Origin: Hyphomicrobiaceae bacterium
Lineage (GTDB): Bacteria > Pseudomonadota > Alphaproteobacteria > Rhizobiales > Hyphomicrobiaceae
Reading direction: 5' to 3'
Length of the DNA: 64,000 bases
Assembly (NCBI GenBank): GCA_965279065.1
Contig: OZ257134.1
Coordinates: 3,960,294-4,024,293, forward strand
Translations under genes and position numbers: made by a program
In this document: piece after piece, positions 56,320 to 64,000 of the stretch
Position numbering within the stretch: position 1 is the stretch's first letter
Layout: each line of letters begins with the position of its first letter
The notes under the pieces: generated by a model
The model's input: the letters and a program-made list of their open reading frames with translations, nothing else
Database searches by the model: none
What the model was told of the DNA's origin: nothing

Positions 56320-57135
56320 CTAGACCGGTAGCGCATTGAACTTCCGGAGGCTCTTGTCGACCATCGATTCAGGTAGGAAACGGCGAAGGAAACGGACCTG
56401 GCCGGCCTGCTTTCCAGCCGTATAGCGCAGTCTCGGCCTGGCGGCAGTAGCAGCCTTTACGACCGTGTCTGCGACAACATCGGGCGCATCGCCGGTTTCT
56501 ATCAATTTCTGCATCAGCGCCGCCATGCGCGTGCGAACGGCATCGTTGATGGGAAGCGGCCGATCCGGCCTCGTAATGTTTTCTTCGAATGCGGTGCGGG
56601 TAACGCCGGGTTCAACGAGCACGACCCGAATGCCCTGCGTGCGAAGTTCGTGGTCAAACGATTCAGAATACCCTTCGATCGCGTGCTTCGTCGAAGCATA
56701 GAGGGCGTTGTAGGGAGACGGGATCAAGCCCAGCACGGAACTCATATTGATGATCCGGCCCTTGCCTTGGCGGCGCATTGTCGGCAGCACGGCGTTCGTC
56801 ATGCGGAGCACACCGAAGACGTTCACGTCGAACAACGCCTGTGCCTGGGCGATTGAGGATTCTTCGGCGCCGCCGAGCAACCCGATGCCGGCATTGTTGA
56901 CGAGCAAGTCAATGCGCCCGGCCTTGGACAGCACCTCATCGACGAGCTTGGTCACAGACGCGTCGTCGGTCACGTCGCACGTCAGCATGGTAACACCGTC
57001 CGGCCTATCGCCGCCGCCGCGACGACTGGTGCCGAATACGCGAAAGCCCGCGTTCTGCAGGGCTTGAGCCGCTACCTTCCCAATGCCGGTTGATGCGCCC
57101 GTGACAATCGCGACGCCATGATTTTCCTTGCCCAT
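56320..57135 (-). CDS. Short-chain dehydrogenase/reductase (SDR)
   Basis: TGASTGIGK cofactor motif, NNAG, and catalytic S...YxxxK (YASTKHA). Confidence 0.9.
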   Translation of the reverse strand: MGKENHGVAIVTGASTGIGKVAAQALQNAGFRVFGTSRRGGGDRPDGVTMLTCDVTDDASVTKLVDEVLSKAGRIDLLVNNAGIGLLGGAEESSIAQAQALFDVNVFGVLRMTNAVLPTMRRQGKGRIINMSSVLGLIPSPYNALYASTKHAIEGYSESFDHELRTQGIRVVLVEPGVTRTAFEENITRPDRPLPINDAVRTRMAALMQKLIETGDAPDVVADTVVKAATAARPRLRYTAGKQAGQVRFLRRFLPESMVDKSLRKFNALPV

Positions 57136-57215
57136 AAAACCAACTCTCTCTGCGGTGGACCAAATCTCAAGAGCATGTTACTATCGAAACAGTAGTAAGT
57201 CACTATCAAAACGAT

Positions 57216-57650
57216 ATGGACAAAAAGATACCTTCTGACGCATGCCCAATCGCGCGCAGCCTTGCCTGTGTCGGCGACGCCTGGAGTATGCTGATCCTTC
57301 GAGATGCAAGCGCCGGGCTGACCCGCTTCGACCAGTTCCGCAAGAGTTTGGGTATTGCGCCAACCATCTTGACGCGGCGATTGGCGACGCTGACCGACGA
57401 AGGCTTGCTGGAAAAGCAGCGGTACTCGGAGCGACCTCCGCGCGACGAATATGTGCTGACCGCTGCCGGACGCGATTTCCTGCCGGTGCTCGTTATGGTT
57501 GGCGCCTGGGGACGCAAGCACCGTGGTGGAGGCCGCATGACGCGCCTCGTTGACGACGAGACCGGCAAAGAGATTCAGCCCGTGGTCGTCGATGGTGTCT
57601 CCGGCAAAAAGCTGGGTACGCGCCCAATCCGCGTCATCGTCCCAAGGTAA
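57216..57650 (+). CDS. HxlR-family transcriptional regulator
   Basis: CPIARSLACVGDAWSMLILRDA...RFDQFRKSLGIAPTILTRRLATLTDEGLL. Divergent from the SDR gene, which is the classic HxlR arrangement. Confidence 0.88.
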   Translation: MDKKIPSDACPIARSLACVGDAWSMLILRDASAGLTRFDQFRKSLGIAPTILTRRLATLTDEGLLEKQRYSERPPRDEYVLTAAGRDFLPVLVMVGAWGRKHRGGGRMTRLVDDETGKEIQPVVVDGVSGKKLGTRPIRVIVPR

Positions 57651-57768
57651 TGCCAGTCGTCGAGGCCAATGCCCCTTGCGGTGTTGGGGCCGGCCAAGGC
57701 TTCAGTCATATCGCCAAGGTTGCCGATCGCGGGTTGCAACTCTTGCAAAGGCGCATAGTCTTGTCTGA

Positions 57769-58446
57769 GTGAGGACAAGCCACAAACTGTTGGAACAGCA
57801 AGTGATTGGTCGCCTTCTGTGCTCGGCATGCGTTGTCGCTCTCTACGCAAGTCCAGTACTTGCACAGGCCAACCCGCCGTCAGCGGCCCAGGTGGCTGAC
57901 GACGCCAAGGCCCCGGCCTCGGTCATTCCCAACGAGTACCGGATGAACCTCATGATCCGGACGACGATCGTTGCATTGAACCAGGCCAATCAGACCGGTA
58001 ACTATTCGGTGCTGCGAGACCTTGGTGCACCCGGATTCCAGATCGCCAACACGCCGACGCGATTGGCCGAACTGTTTGCGCAGCTACGCAATCAAAACTT
58101 CGATCTATCGCCTGTGCTGTTCTTCGACCCGAAGCTGATACGTCCCCCAGCCGTTCAGCCGAACGGGCTGCTACGCCTTTCGGGTTTCTTTCCGACGGCA
58201 CCCCAGCAGGTCAATTTCGACCTGGCCTTTCAGCTGGTCGACGGCAGCTGGCGCCTGTTTGCGATCGCAGTGGACACGAGCCCATCACCGGCTGGACCGG
58301 AAGCAGCGCAGGCGACACCACAATCACCTGACACGAAGGCGCCCGTCGACGCCGCCAAGTCCGCTCCAGACTCGAAAGATGGGGCGAAGGCAGGAGACAA
58401 GAAGAGCAAGGACAGCAAGTCCGCAGGCGCGCCGGCCAAAAAGTGA
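57769..58446 (+). CDS. Exported hypothetical protein with Lys/Ala/Pro-rich tail
   Basis: Signal-like VIGRLLCSACVVALYASPVLAQA (alternative GTG start at 57802). No family recognised. Confidence 0.6.
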   Translation: MRTSHKLLEQQVIGRLLCSACVVALYASPVLAQANPPSAAQVADDAKAPASVIPNEYRMNLMIRTTIVALNQANQTGNYSVLRDLGAPGFQIANTPTRLAELFAQLRNQNFDLSPVLFFDPKLIRPPAVQPNGLLRLSGFFPTAPQQVNFDLAFQLVDGSWRLFAIAVDTSPSPAGPEAAQATPQSPDTKAPVDAAKSAPDSKDGAKAGDKKSKDSKSAGAPAKK

Positions 58447-58661
58447 CGCGCGCCACCGGAGATCTCGTGCCGAGCCGGTTCAGCCGGAGCGACCTTCGCA
58501 GCGGTACAATCGAAATCATGCCGTTTATTCAGATATCCGCTACGGGGGCCAGCCTGAGCCGCAGCAAAGCGTATTCGACCGGCCCCTTGAGTGGCGGTCG
58601 GGCTTGCGTCGCTTGAAGCCCGCCAAAGAACAGCATTTCGTTTGACCATTGAGGATTAATG

Positions 58662-58676
58662 GTTGCATCATGCAAC
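58662..58676. promoter_or_regulatory. Perfect 7-1-7 inverted repeat abutting the MarR-GNAT start (candidate operator)
   Basis: GTTGCAT-c-ATGCAAC ends 2 nt before ATG 58678. Confidence 0.4.
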
Positions 58677-58677
58677 T

Positions 58678-59628
58678 ATGTTGGAGAGGCCAGACATTTT
58701 CGCCGTGCGAGACGGATCGCGTCGGTTGGTGCGCGAACTCGGATTTATGCGGAGAACGCTCGCCAACACTCGCCTGCACCCCTCAGCCGTCCATGCGTTG
58801 ATCGAGATTGGGGCGCACGAGGCGATGACGGCGACCGAACTGACCGACGTGCTGCTACTGGATAAATCGACGGTCAGTCGGCTGGTCGGCAAACTCATAG
58901 ATGAGGGTGAAATTGCCTCGGTCGCGCACGAAGAGGACGGCCGCGCCAAAAGCCTGGCCTTGACCGAACGTGGACAAAACACCCTGAAAGAGATCGACCG
59001 TTTTGCAAACGCGCAGGTCGCAGCAGCGATGGCCGTGCTGCCTGGATCGACGCGCGCCTGTGTTGTGCAAGGTTTGTCGGTCTATGCCGAAGCCCTGGCC
59101 TCAGGTCGCACCGGAAAAGCCTGCCCAGCAGCGGCGATTGAGATCATGCGGGGTTTTCGCCCGGGCGTGATCGGGCGTGCGGTCGAGATGCACGCGCGCT
59201 ACTACAGCCGGCTAGCGGGATTTGGCCATGTGTTCGAAAGCCGGGTTGCGGCCGGGATGGCGGAGTTTTCGGAGCGCCTCGAAAGACCGTGTAACGGTCT
59301 TTGGAGCGCAGCGATGGGTGACGTGATCGTGGGCACTGCGGCGATCGACGGCGAGGATCTGGGCGTCGGTCTGGCGCATCTTCGCTGGTTCATCGTCGAT
59401 GATGGTCTGCGCGGGAACGGTATCGGCCGAAAGTTACTCGCTGAGGCGCTCGCTTTCTGCGATGCACGCGGATTTCGTGAGACGCATCTCTGGACTTTTC
59501 GCGGGCTCAACGCCGCGCGCCGGCTGTACGAGGCCAACGGGTTCGTGCTTGTCGAGGAGCGGCCGGGCCGTCAATGGGGCGAGGAAGTGATCGAGCAGCG
59601 GTTCGCAAGGACGCTGCGTCAGCCTTGA
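58678..59628 (+). CDS. MarR-family HTH fused to GNAT N-acetyltransferase
   Basis: N-terminal MarR wHTH (MTATELTDVLLLDKSTVSRLVGKLIDEGEI). C-terminal GNAT motif (LRGNGIGRKLLAEALAF...ANGF). Confidence 0.85.
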   Translation: MLERPDIFAVRDGSRRLVRELGFMRRTLANTRLHPSAVHALIEIGAHEAMTATELTDVLLLDKSTVSRLVGKLIDEGEIASVAHEEDGRAKSLALTERGQNTLKEIDRFANAQVAAAMAVLPGSTRACVVQGLSVYAEALASGRTGKACPAAAIEIMRGFRPGVIGRAVEMHARYYSRLAGFGHVFESRVAAGMAEFSERLERPCNGLWSAAMGDVIVGTAAIDGEDLGVGLAHLRWFIVDDGLRGNGIGRKLLAEALAFCDARGFRETHLWTFRGLNAARRLYEANGFVLVEERPGRQWGEEVIEQRFARTLRQP

Positions 59629-59711
59629 ATGGAACACGTCGGCCAGCTCCTCGATCGAGACGACGTTAGCTTCCGTCAAGCCAGCCTCGAGCAAGCTATC
59701 ACGATCCCGGG

Positions 59712-60602
59712 TCAGGCCGGCCGGCGCTCAATAGCTTTGGCGATGCGCAGGTGTCTGCCAAAGGCGTAGTGCATTGCCGTTGAGAAGCCCAATGCACCTC
59801 GTAGGAAGTGACGACGCAGCACGTAGGCCTTGAGGAAAGCCCAAGCGAATTCGGTGAATAGTCGGCAGGTCGGAACTGTCCGGCCGCGCAGCCTCATATC
59901 CGCAACTTGCATGTCGCTATAGCGGTTGATCTTGTCGAGCTCGCTGGTGAGCGATCTGAAGGAGCGATGATGCAACTTCGACTTGAGTCGCCCCACCGAT
60001 ACGCTCGATTCGACAATGACGGAATCGTGCACCGTGGTCTTGGCAAAGCTGCCAGCGCCCCTGAGGTAAAGCCGGACCACACGGTTCGTCCGCGCAAATC
60101 GGTGCGGCACGCTCTCGCCTGGAAACTGTTCCGCAACGGGCAGTGAATAGGCCAGCGCGCAGGGACCGTCTTCTTCAAACAGCGCACGGATCTCGGCGGA
60201 TAGTGCATCCGGAACGATCTCATCGGCGTCGAGATTGAACAGCCAAGGTCCCTTGCACTGACGTTCTGCCCAGTTCTTCTGAAACCCATAACCGTCCCAG
60301 TCGCGGTAGAGCACGCGAGCGCCATAGGAGCGGGCGATTTCGCATGTTCGATCCGTCGATCCGCTGTCGACGACAACGATCTCATCGGCGAGGTCAACCA
60401 CGGAGGCGAGCGCGTCGCCGATGCGGTCTTCCTCGTCGCGCACGATCATGAACAGAGACAGGCCCAAAACCCGCCGCGGAGAGACGGCTGGGCTTCGTCC
60501 GACGCGTTTGGCATCGACCCCTTCGGTTATTTTGGTCATCAACATCGCGGCGCGGTCATCCCTGAAATTGCGACGAAGTTCAGTTCGGGCTTTCGTCGTC
60601 AT
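59712..60602 (-). CDS. Family 2 glycosyltransferase
   Basis: LSLFMIVRDEEDRIGDALASV...VVVDSGSTDRT...NLDADE motifs. The true start may be a downstream Met (about 60545). Confidence 0.85.
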   Translation of the reverse strand: MTTKARTELRRNFRDDRAAMLMTKITEGVDAKRVGRSPAVSPRRVLGLSLFMIVRDEEDRIGDALASVVDLADEIVVVDSGSTDRTCEIARSYGARVLYRDWDGYGFQKNWAERQCKGPWLFNLDADEIVPDALSAEIRALFEEDGPCALAYSLPVAEQFPGESVPHRFARTNRVVRLYLRGAGSFAKTTVHDSVIVESSVSVGRLKSKLHHRSFRSLTSELDKINRYSDMQVADMRLRGRTVPTCRLFTEFAWAFLKAYVLRRHFLRGALGFSTAMHYAFGRHLRIAKAIERRPA

Positions 60603-60807
60603 CGGACATCGGCAGGGCCAGGGTCTGGGCCGCGCTGATGGCTCCCGATGGGAAATCCAGTTCTTCAGCGGCGGCTATGGTTGCCTCAGCCGGCTCCTGC
60701 GTCTCAATACTGAACGTCCGGACTGTCGTCTCTTGCGCGGAGGTTGGCGTATGTGCTGCAAGCGCTGCGAGCACGCCAAGGCAGGTACAGATGCGAAGCC
60801 GAGTCAT
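60580..60807 (-). CDS. Small secreted acidic hypothetical protein (weak call)
   Basis: 75 aa with signal peptide MTRLRICTCLGVLAALAAHTPTSAQE. No family recognised. Confidence 0.35.
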   Translation of the reverse strand: MTRLRICTCLGVLAALAAHTPTSAQETTVRTFSIETQEPAEATIAAAEELDFPSGAISAAQTLALPMSDDDESPN

Positions 60808-60850
60808 GCCGGCAACTCCTTATTCGATTGGTTGTTCTTGTGATGCTGGT

Positions 60851-61171
60851 TCATTGCGGCGCAGGCAACCCTGCCGCAACGTTGGACCGCACGTCAGCGC
60901 CCGATCTGAAGATTGCAACGGGTGCACGCCGGATCTTCATCGCCTCGCGTCCGTGACTCGTCGGGCGATGCGTGACAACCACCAATTCTCCCACGGAGCG
61001 CGTCGATATCTTGACTCGCTTGTTGACGTAGTAAGTGCTGCCGTCGGAGAGCGTGACGACCCGCGCCACACCGTCGATGTGCATCAGCCGGCCGCTCGCG
61101 ACGGCGTCCTCTGAGTGTGCCGGAAGGGGCACCAAGGCGAGTGCGGCGAATGGCCAGAGCTTGCGGAGCAT
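60851..61171 (-). CDS. DUF1344-like small periplasmic protein
   Basis: Signal peptide, then GRLMHIDGVARVVTLSDGSTYYV...VGELVVVT, which matches the DUF1344 pattern from memory. Start at the internal ATG 61171. Confidence 0.55.
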   Translation of the reverse strand: MLRKLWPFAALALVPLPAHSEDAVASGRLMHIDGVARVVTLSDGSTYYVNKRVKISTRSVGELVVVTHRPTSHGREAMKIRRAPVAIFRSGADVRSNVAAGLPAPQ

Positions 61172-61270
61172 GACGACGCGATCCGTTGGTTTCTCCGATC
61201 CAAGGTCGCCGTTGAACGTTGAGACCGCCTGACCGGTCGCATACAATTTTCGTAAGGTATCAGGCCACCG

Positions 61271-62662
61271 TCACACTGGTTGAAACGAGATCGTTACGCG
61301 TGTGCCAGGCGAATTGTCCGACAGGTCGATCTCGGCGCCATGCAGTTCGACAATCGCCGCACAGACGCTGAGGCCCAAGCCGTGACCCGGCGTCGAGCGA
61401 GCCCGCTCCAGCCGGTAGAAGCGCCGGAAGACGGCCTCTCGCGCCTCCGCGGGGATGCCGGGGCCGTTATCCGCCACACAAAGCTCGCAAGACCGACCGC
61501 GGCGAGTGAGGCCAACAGTAACCACAGTGCCACGCGGGCAATGCCGAAGACTATTATCGATGAGGTTTGCGACCAACTGCATGAGAAGTTGCGCATCGCC
61601 ATGCACTGCTAAGCCGCCTTCCCGAGGCTGGATGCTCAGCGCGAAGCCGGCATCCTGCAGCACCGGCTCGTAAGCATCGGCGACATCCGCCAACAGGGCG
61701 CTTAAGTCGACCGAGCTGAAACGTGCTCGACGATCGCCGGCCTGCAGCTGACCGATACTCAACAGGGCCTCGAACGTGGCAACGATGCTGTCTACCGCAT
61801 CGAGCGATTCATCCATCCGAGCGGCCGCCTCTTCGTTGAGATCATTGCCGTCGCGCATCGTTTCCAGGCGCTGCCGCAACCGCATCATTGGCTTCTTCAG
61901 GTCATGAGCGATGTCGGTGGTAACCTGATTGACGTTCTCCACGAGCCGCTGCAGCTGCGTCAGCATGGCATTCAGGTTGGCCGACACCTCGTCCAGATCG
62001 TCGCCGCTGCCGCGCACCGTCACGCGCCGGTCGAGTTGGCCGGAGGCAACGCTGGAAAGCGTTTCGGCGATGTCGTTGATCCTTCGTTGCGTTCCGCGCG
62101 CAAGATAGATTCCAGCACCGACTGCCAGAATGCTCGTCGCCAGCAAACCCCAACCCAAGCTGCGGGCCAGCATGAGCCGAGACTGGCGCTCCTCGCGATC
62201 GCCGCGGCCGACGAGGAGCCGGCCTTTCGAGACAGGGGTCCATATCGAATAGAACCTGTCCTGCGGGGAACCCTCGTTGCGGATATCGGGAAGAGCGGTC
62301 CGGTTCAGAACCTGCCAGTCGTCAAAGGGCGCAACATTGCGCACGTTGCCGGCGTAGACCACACCATCGTTGCCGAGGAGAGCAAATATACTGTCGGTGT
62401 CACGCAACGACTCCGCCTCTTCCGTCACGACGTTCACGAGTTCGTCGAAGCCGAAGCGCTTGTCGACGGCTACCATGGCGTCGCGCGTTCGCGTGGCGCG
62501 CGATTTGATGCCGTCCTCAAGCTCCTCGGTCAGACTGAAGATGAGCGCGGAGAACAACAACACGACGCTGACGGTGAATAGCAGCGTGAACGCAAGAGCG
62601 GTCCGGACCTGTGCCCTTTTGAAAAGGTCAATTACCATCGGTGACGCTGTAGCCGCTGCCAC
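61271..62662 (-). CDS. Sensor histidine kinase (TM-HAMP-HisKA-HATPase)
   Basis: H-box (TTDIAHDLKKPM), N-box (LIDNSLRH), G-boxes (DNGPGI, GHGLGL). The alternative start ATG 62638 is more likely. Confidence 0.9.
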   Translation of the reverse strand: MAAATASPMVIDLFKRAQVRTALAFTLLFTVSVVLLFSALIFSLTEELEDGIKSRATRTRDAMVAVDKRFGFDELVNVVTEEAESLRDTDSIFALLGNDGVVYAGNVRNVAPFDDWQVLNRTALPDIRNEGSPQDRFYSIWTPVSKGRLLVGRGDREERQSRLMLARSLGWGLLATSILAVGAGIYLARGTQRRINDIAETLSSVASGQLDRRVTVRGSGDDLDEVSANLNAMLTQLQRLVENVNQVTTDIAHDLKKPMMRLRQRLETMRDGNDLNEEAAARMDESLDAVDSIVATFEALLSIGQLQAGDRRARFSSVDLSALLADVADAYEPVLQDAGFALSIQPREGGLAVHGDAQLLMQLVANLIDNSLRHCPRGTVVTVGLTRRGRSCELCVADNGPGIPAEAREAVFRRFYRLERARSTPGHGLGLSVCAAIVELHGAEIDLSDNSPGTRVTISFQPV

Positions 62663-63305
62663 GAACGGTCTGTATCAGGGATGATGCGAACGGCTTGTCG
62701 ATCTTGGCGCGGAGGCGGGAAATGTGCGTCTCCACGATGCTCGACTTCGGGTCAAAATGGAAACCCCACACGCGCTCCAGCAGCATGTTGCGGGTAACGA
62801 CCCGCCCCTTGTTGCGCATGAGGACCTCGAGGAGAACCAGCTCCTTCGGCTGCAGGTCGATGCGTTCGCCGCCGCGGGCCACGTAGCGCTTTGCGACGTC
62901 CATCTCAAGATCGCCAGCGCGCAGCACATCGCCGTCGGTCCGGATGGGCGGGCGGCGGGACAAAGCGTTGACGCGCGCGAGCAACTCCGAAATCGCGAAG
63001 GGCTTCACGAGGTAATCGTCGCCTCCAGCATCCAGGCCCTGGACGCGATCGTTTACTCCACCCATCGCCGTCAGGAACAGGATGCCCGCGGTGCTGCCCG
63101 TACCGCGCAACGTCTTGGCGATCGACAGACCATCCAGCCCCGGCAGCATGCGATCCAGGATGATCATGTCGTACTCTTCCTGGATCGCGACCGCGACGCC
63201 GTCCCGGCCGTCAGGCACGATATCTACGGTATGGCCGGCCTGCAGCAGTCCCTTCCGGACATAGGCAGCCGTGTCCTCATCATCCTCAACGAGTAGAACG
63301 CGCAT
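62628..63305 (-). CDS. OmpR-family response regulator
   Basis: MRVLLVEDD...ILDRMLPGLDG receiver domain and a C-terminal winged-helix (VETHISRLRAKI...IQTVRGSGY). Confidence 0.92.
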   Translation of the reverse strand: MRVLLVEDDEDTAAYVRKGLLQAGHTVDIVPDGRDGVAVAIQEEYDMIILDRMLPGLDGLSIAKTLRGTGSTAGILFLTAMGGVNDRVQGLDAGGDDYLVKPFAISELLARVNALSRRPPIRTDGDVLRAGDLEMDVAKRYVARGGERIDLQPKELVLLEVLMRNKGRVVTRNMLLERVWGFHFDPKSSIVETHISRLRAKIDKPFASSLIQTVRGSGYSVTDGN

Positions 63306-63406
63306 CTGTCCTTGACGTCCCCAATACGATTGCCGCCCTATCATAGGTCAGACGACCAAGCGGTTGCAGCATGCAGTCCCGGAATACTTAAAGGCTGCGC
63401 CGCCGA

Positions 63407-64000
63407 TCATGCGTCCGGCGACAGCCCACCTACCCTAGCCCGGCCCAGCTGCAGCGGGCGCGGCCTTCGCGAGGCAAGGCGCACCGCGGTTGCAGCAAGA
63501 ACGGCAATGCCACCGAGGTTGACCGCGATCTCGATAGCCTCCGTAGCCGGCAGTTGCGTGAAGGCGATCCAAGCCAAGAACGACAGCACAGTGCCCAACG
63601 CAAACACCTGCAACGACGTCTGGCCGCAGGCGATGATCACGCCAGACGCCTTTCGCCGCAAGAGACTCGTGGAAGCCGGGAGAAGTTCCGACACGACGTA
63701 GGCCAGGGCCAGAATGTTCAGGTAGCGCCAGATCGACAGATAGCTTTTGCTGATGTCGCCCAGGGCGCCATAGGGGACGATGCGGCCGTCGGGCGCCCAG
63801 GAGTAGAGGTTCCACGGGGCAGCGTACATGACGCCGAAGGCGAGATAAGCGAGGGCCGCACCGACGACGAAGCCGCGCCACCGGTGCGAAACCGGACGTG
63901 GCACGACGGCGGCGGCCGCTCCGGTCGTGAACAGAAGTTGCCACGTGAGGGGGTTGAAATACCAACCTTCACCTGGCTGATTGGCCGGAAGGTTCAAACG
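63407..64000 (-). CDS. OpgC-family membrane acyltransferase-like protein, 5'-truncated by the window edge
   Basis: Multi-TM C-terminal part with the FNPLTWQLLF motif. The ORF is open to the window end, so the TTG start in the track is an edge artefact. Confidence 0.65.
   Translation of the reverse strand, partial: RLNLPANQPGEGWYFNPLTWQLLFTTGAAAAVVPRPVSHRWRGFVVGAALAYLAFGVMYAAPWNLYSWAPDGRIVPYGALGDISKSYLSIWRYLNILALAYVVSELLPASTSLLRRKASGVIIACGQTSLQVFALGTVLSFLAWIAFTQLPATEAIEIAVNLGGIAVLAATAVRLASRRPRPLQLGRARVGGLSPDA

Noticed and set aside
61401-61410. 10-nt match (GCCCGCTCCA) to the 3' end of tRNA-Gly, considered as a possible att direct repeat bounding an island
   Set aside because: The match is only 10 nt, lies inside the histidine-kinase coding sequence, and is of the order expected by chance in 64 kb of GC-rich DNA. 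No integrase is present.

Overview
High-GC (roughly 60-67% by eye) alphaproteobacterial, Hyphomicrobiales-like chromosomal segment. It is centred on the replication-initiation neighbourhood at 30.6-38.9 kb: rpsT, an AT-rich gap, a rhodanese gene, then dnaA-dnaN-recF-gyrB. I can support about 60 CDS, one tRNA-Gly(CCC), several rho-independent terminators, REP-like palindromic elements and a few palindromic operator candidates. Housekeeping content includes xerC, tal, priA, trmD-rplS, map, radC, kgtP, trxB and the divergent ecm/ccr pair (ethylmalonyl-CoA pathway core). I saw no CRISPR array, IS element, prophage genes, or integrase other than XerC. Five items are most worth a second look. (i) A four-gene cluster at 45.2-53.1 kb (transglutaminase, circularly permuted ATP-grasp + alpha-E, DUF2126) with no known biochemical function, flanked by a divergent Zn-ribbon metallopeptidase and an M50 protease. 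(ii) A receptor-type Ser/Thr kinase (TM segment plus 7 WD40 blades) with two FHA proteins and a PP2C phosphatase at 23.3-28.2 kb, next to hicAB. (iii) The 0.5-kb AT-rich gap upstream of dnaA, which carries a perfect CtrA box, five GANTC sites in 164 bp and a near-consensus DnaA box. (iv) A ribosomal protein L19 with an internal insertion and a ~100-aa C-terminal extension. (v) Compositionally atypical orphan genes at 40.4 and 44.4 kb. All family assignments were made by eye from the translated ORFs and none was verified by a database search. Many long ORFs in the track are antisense shadows typical of high-GC DNA and were not called.
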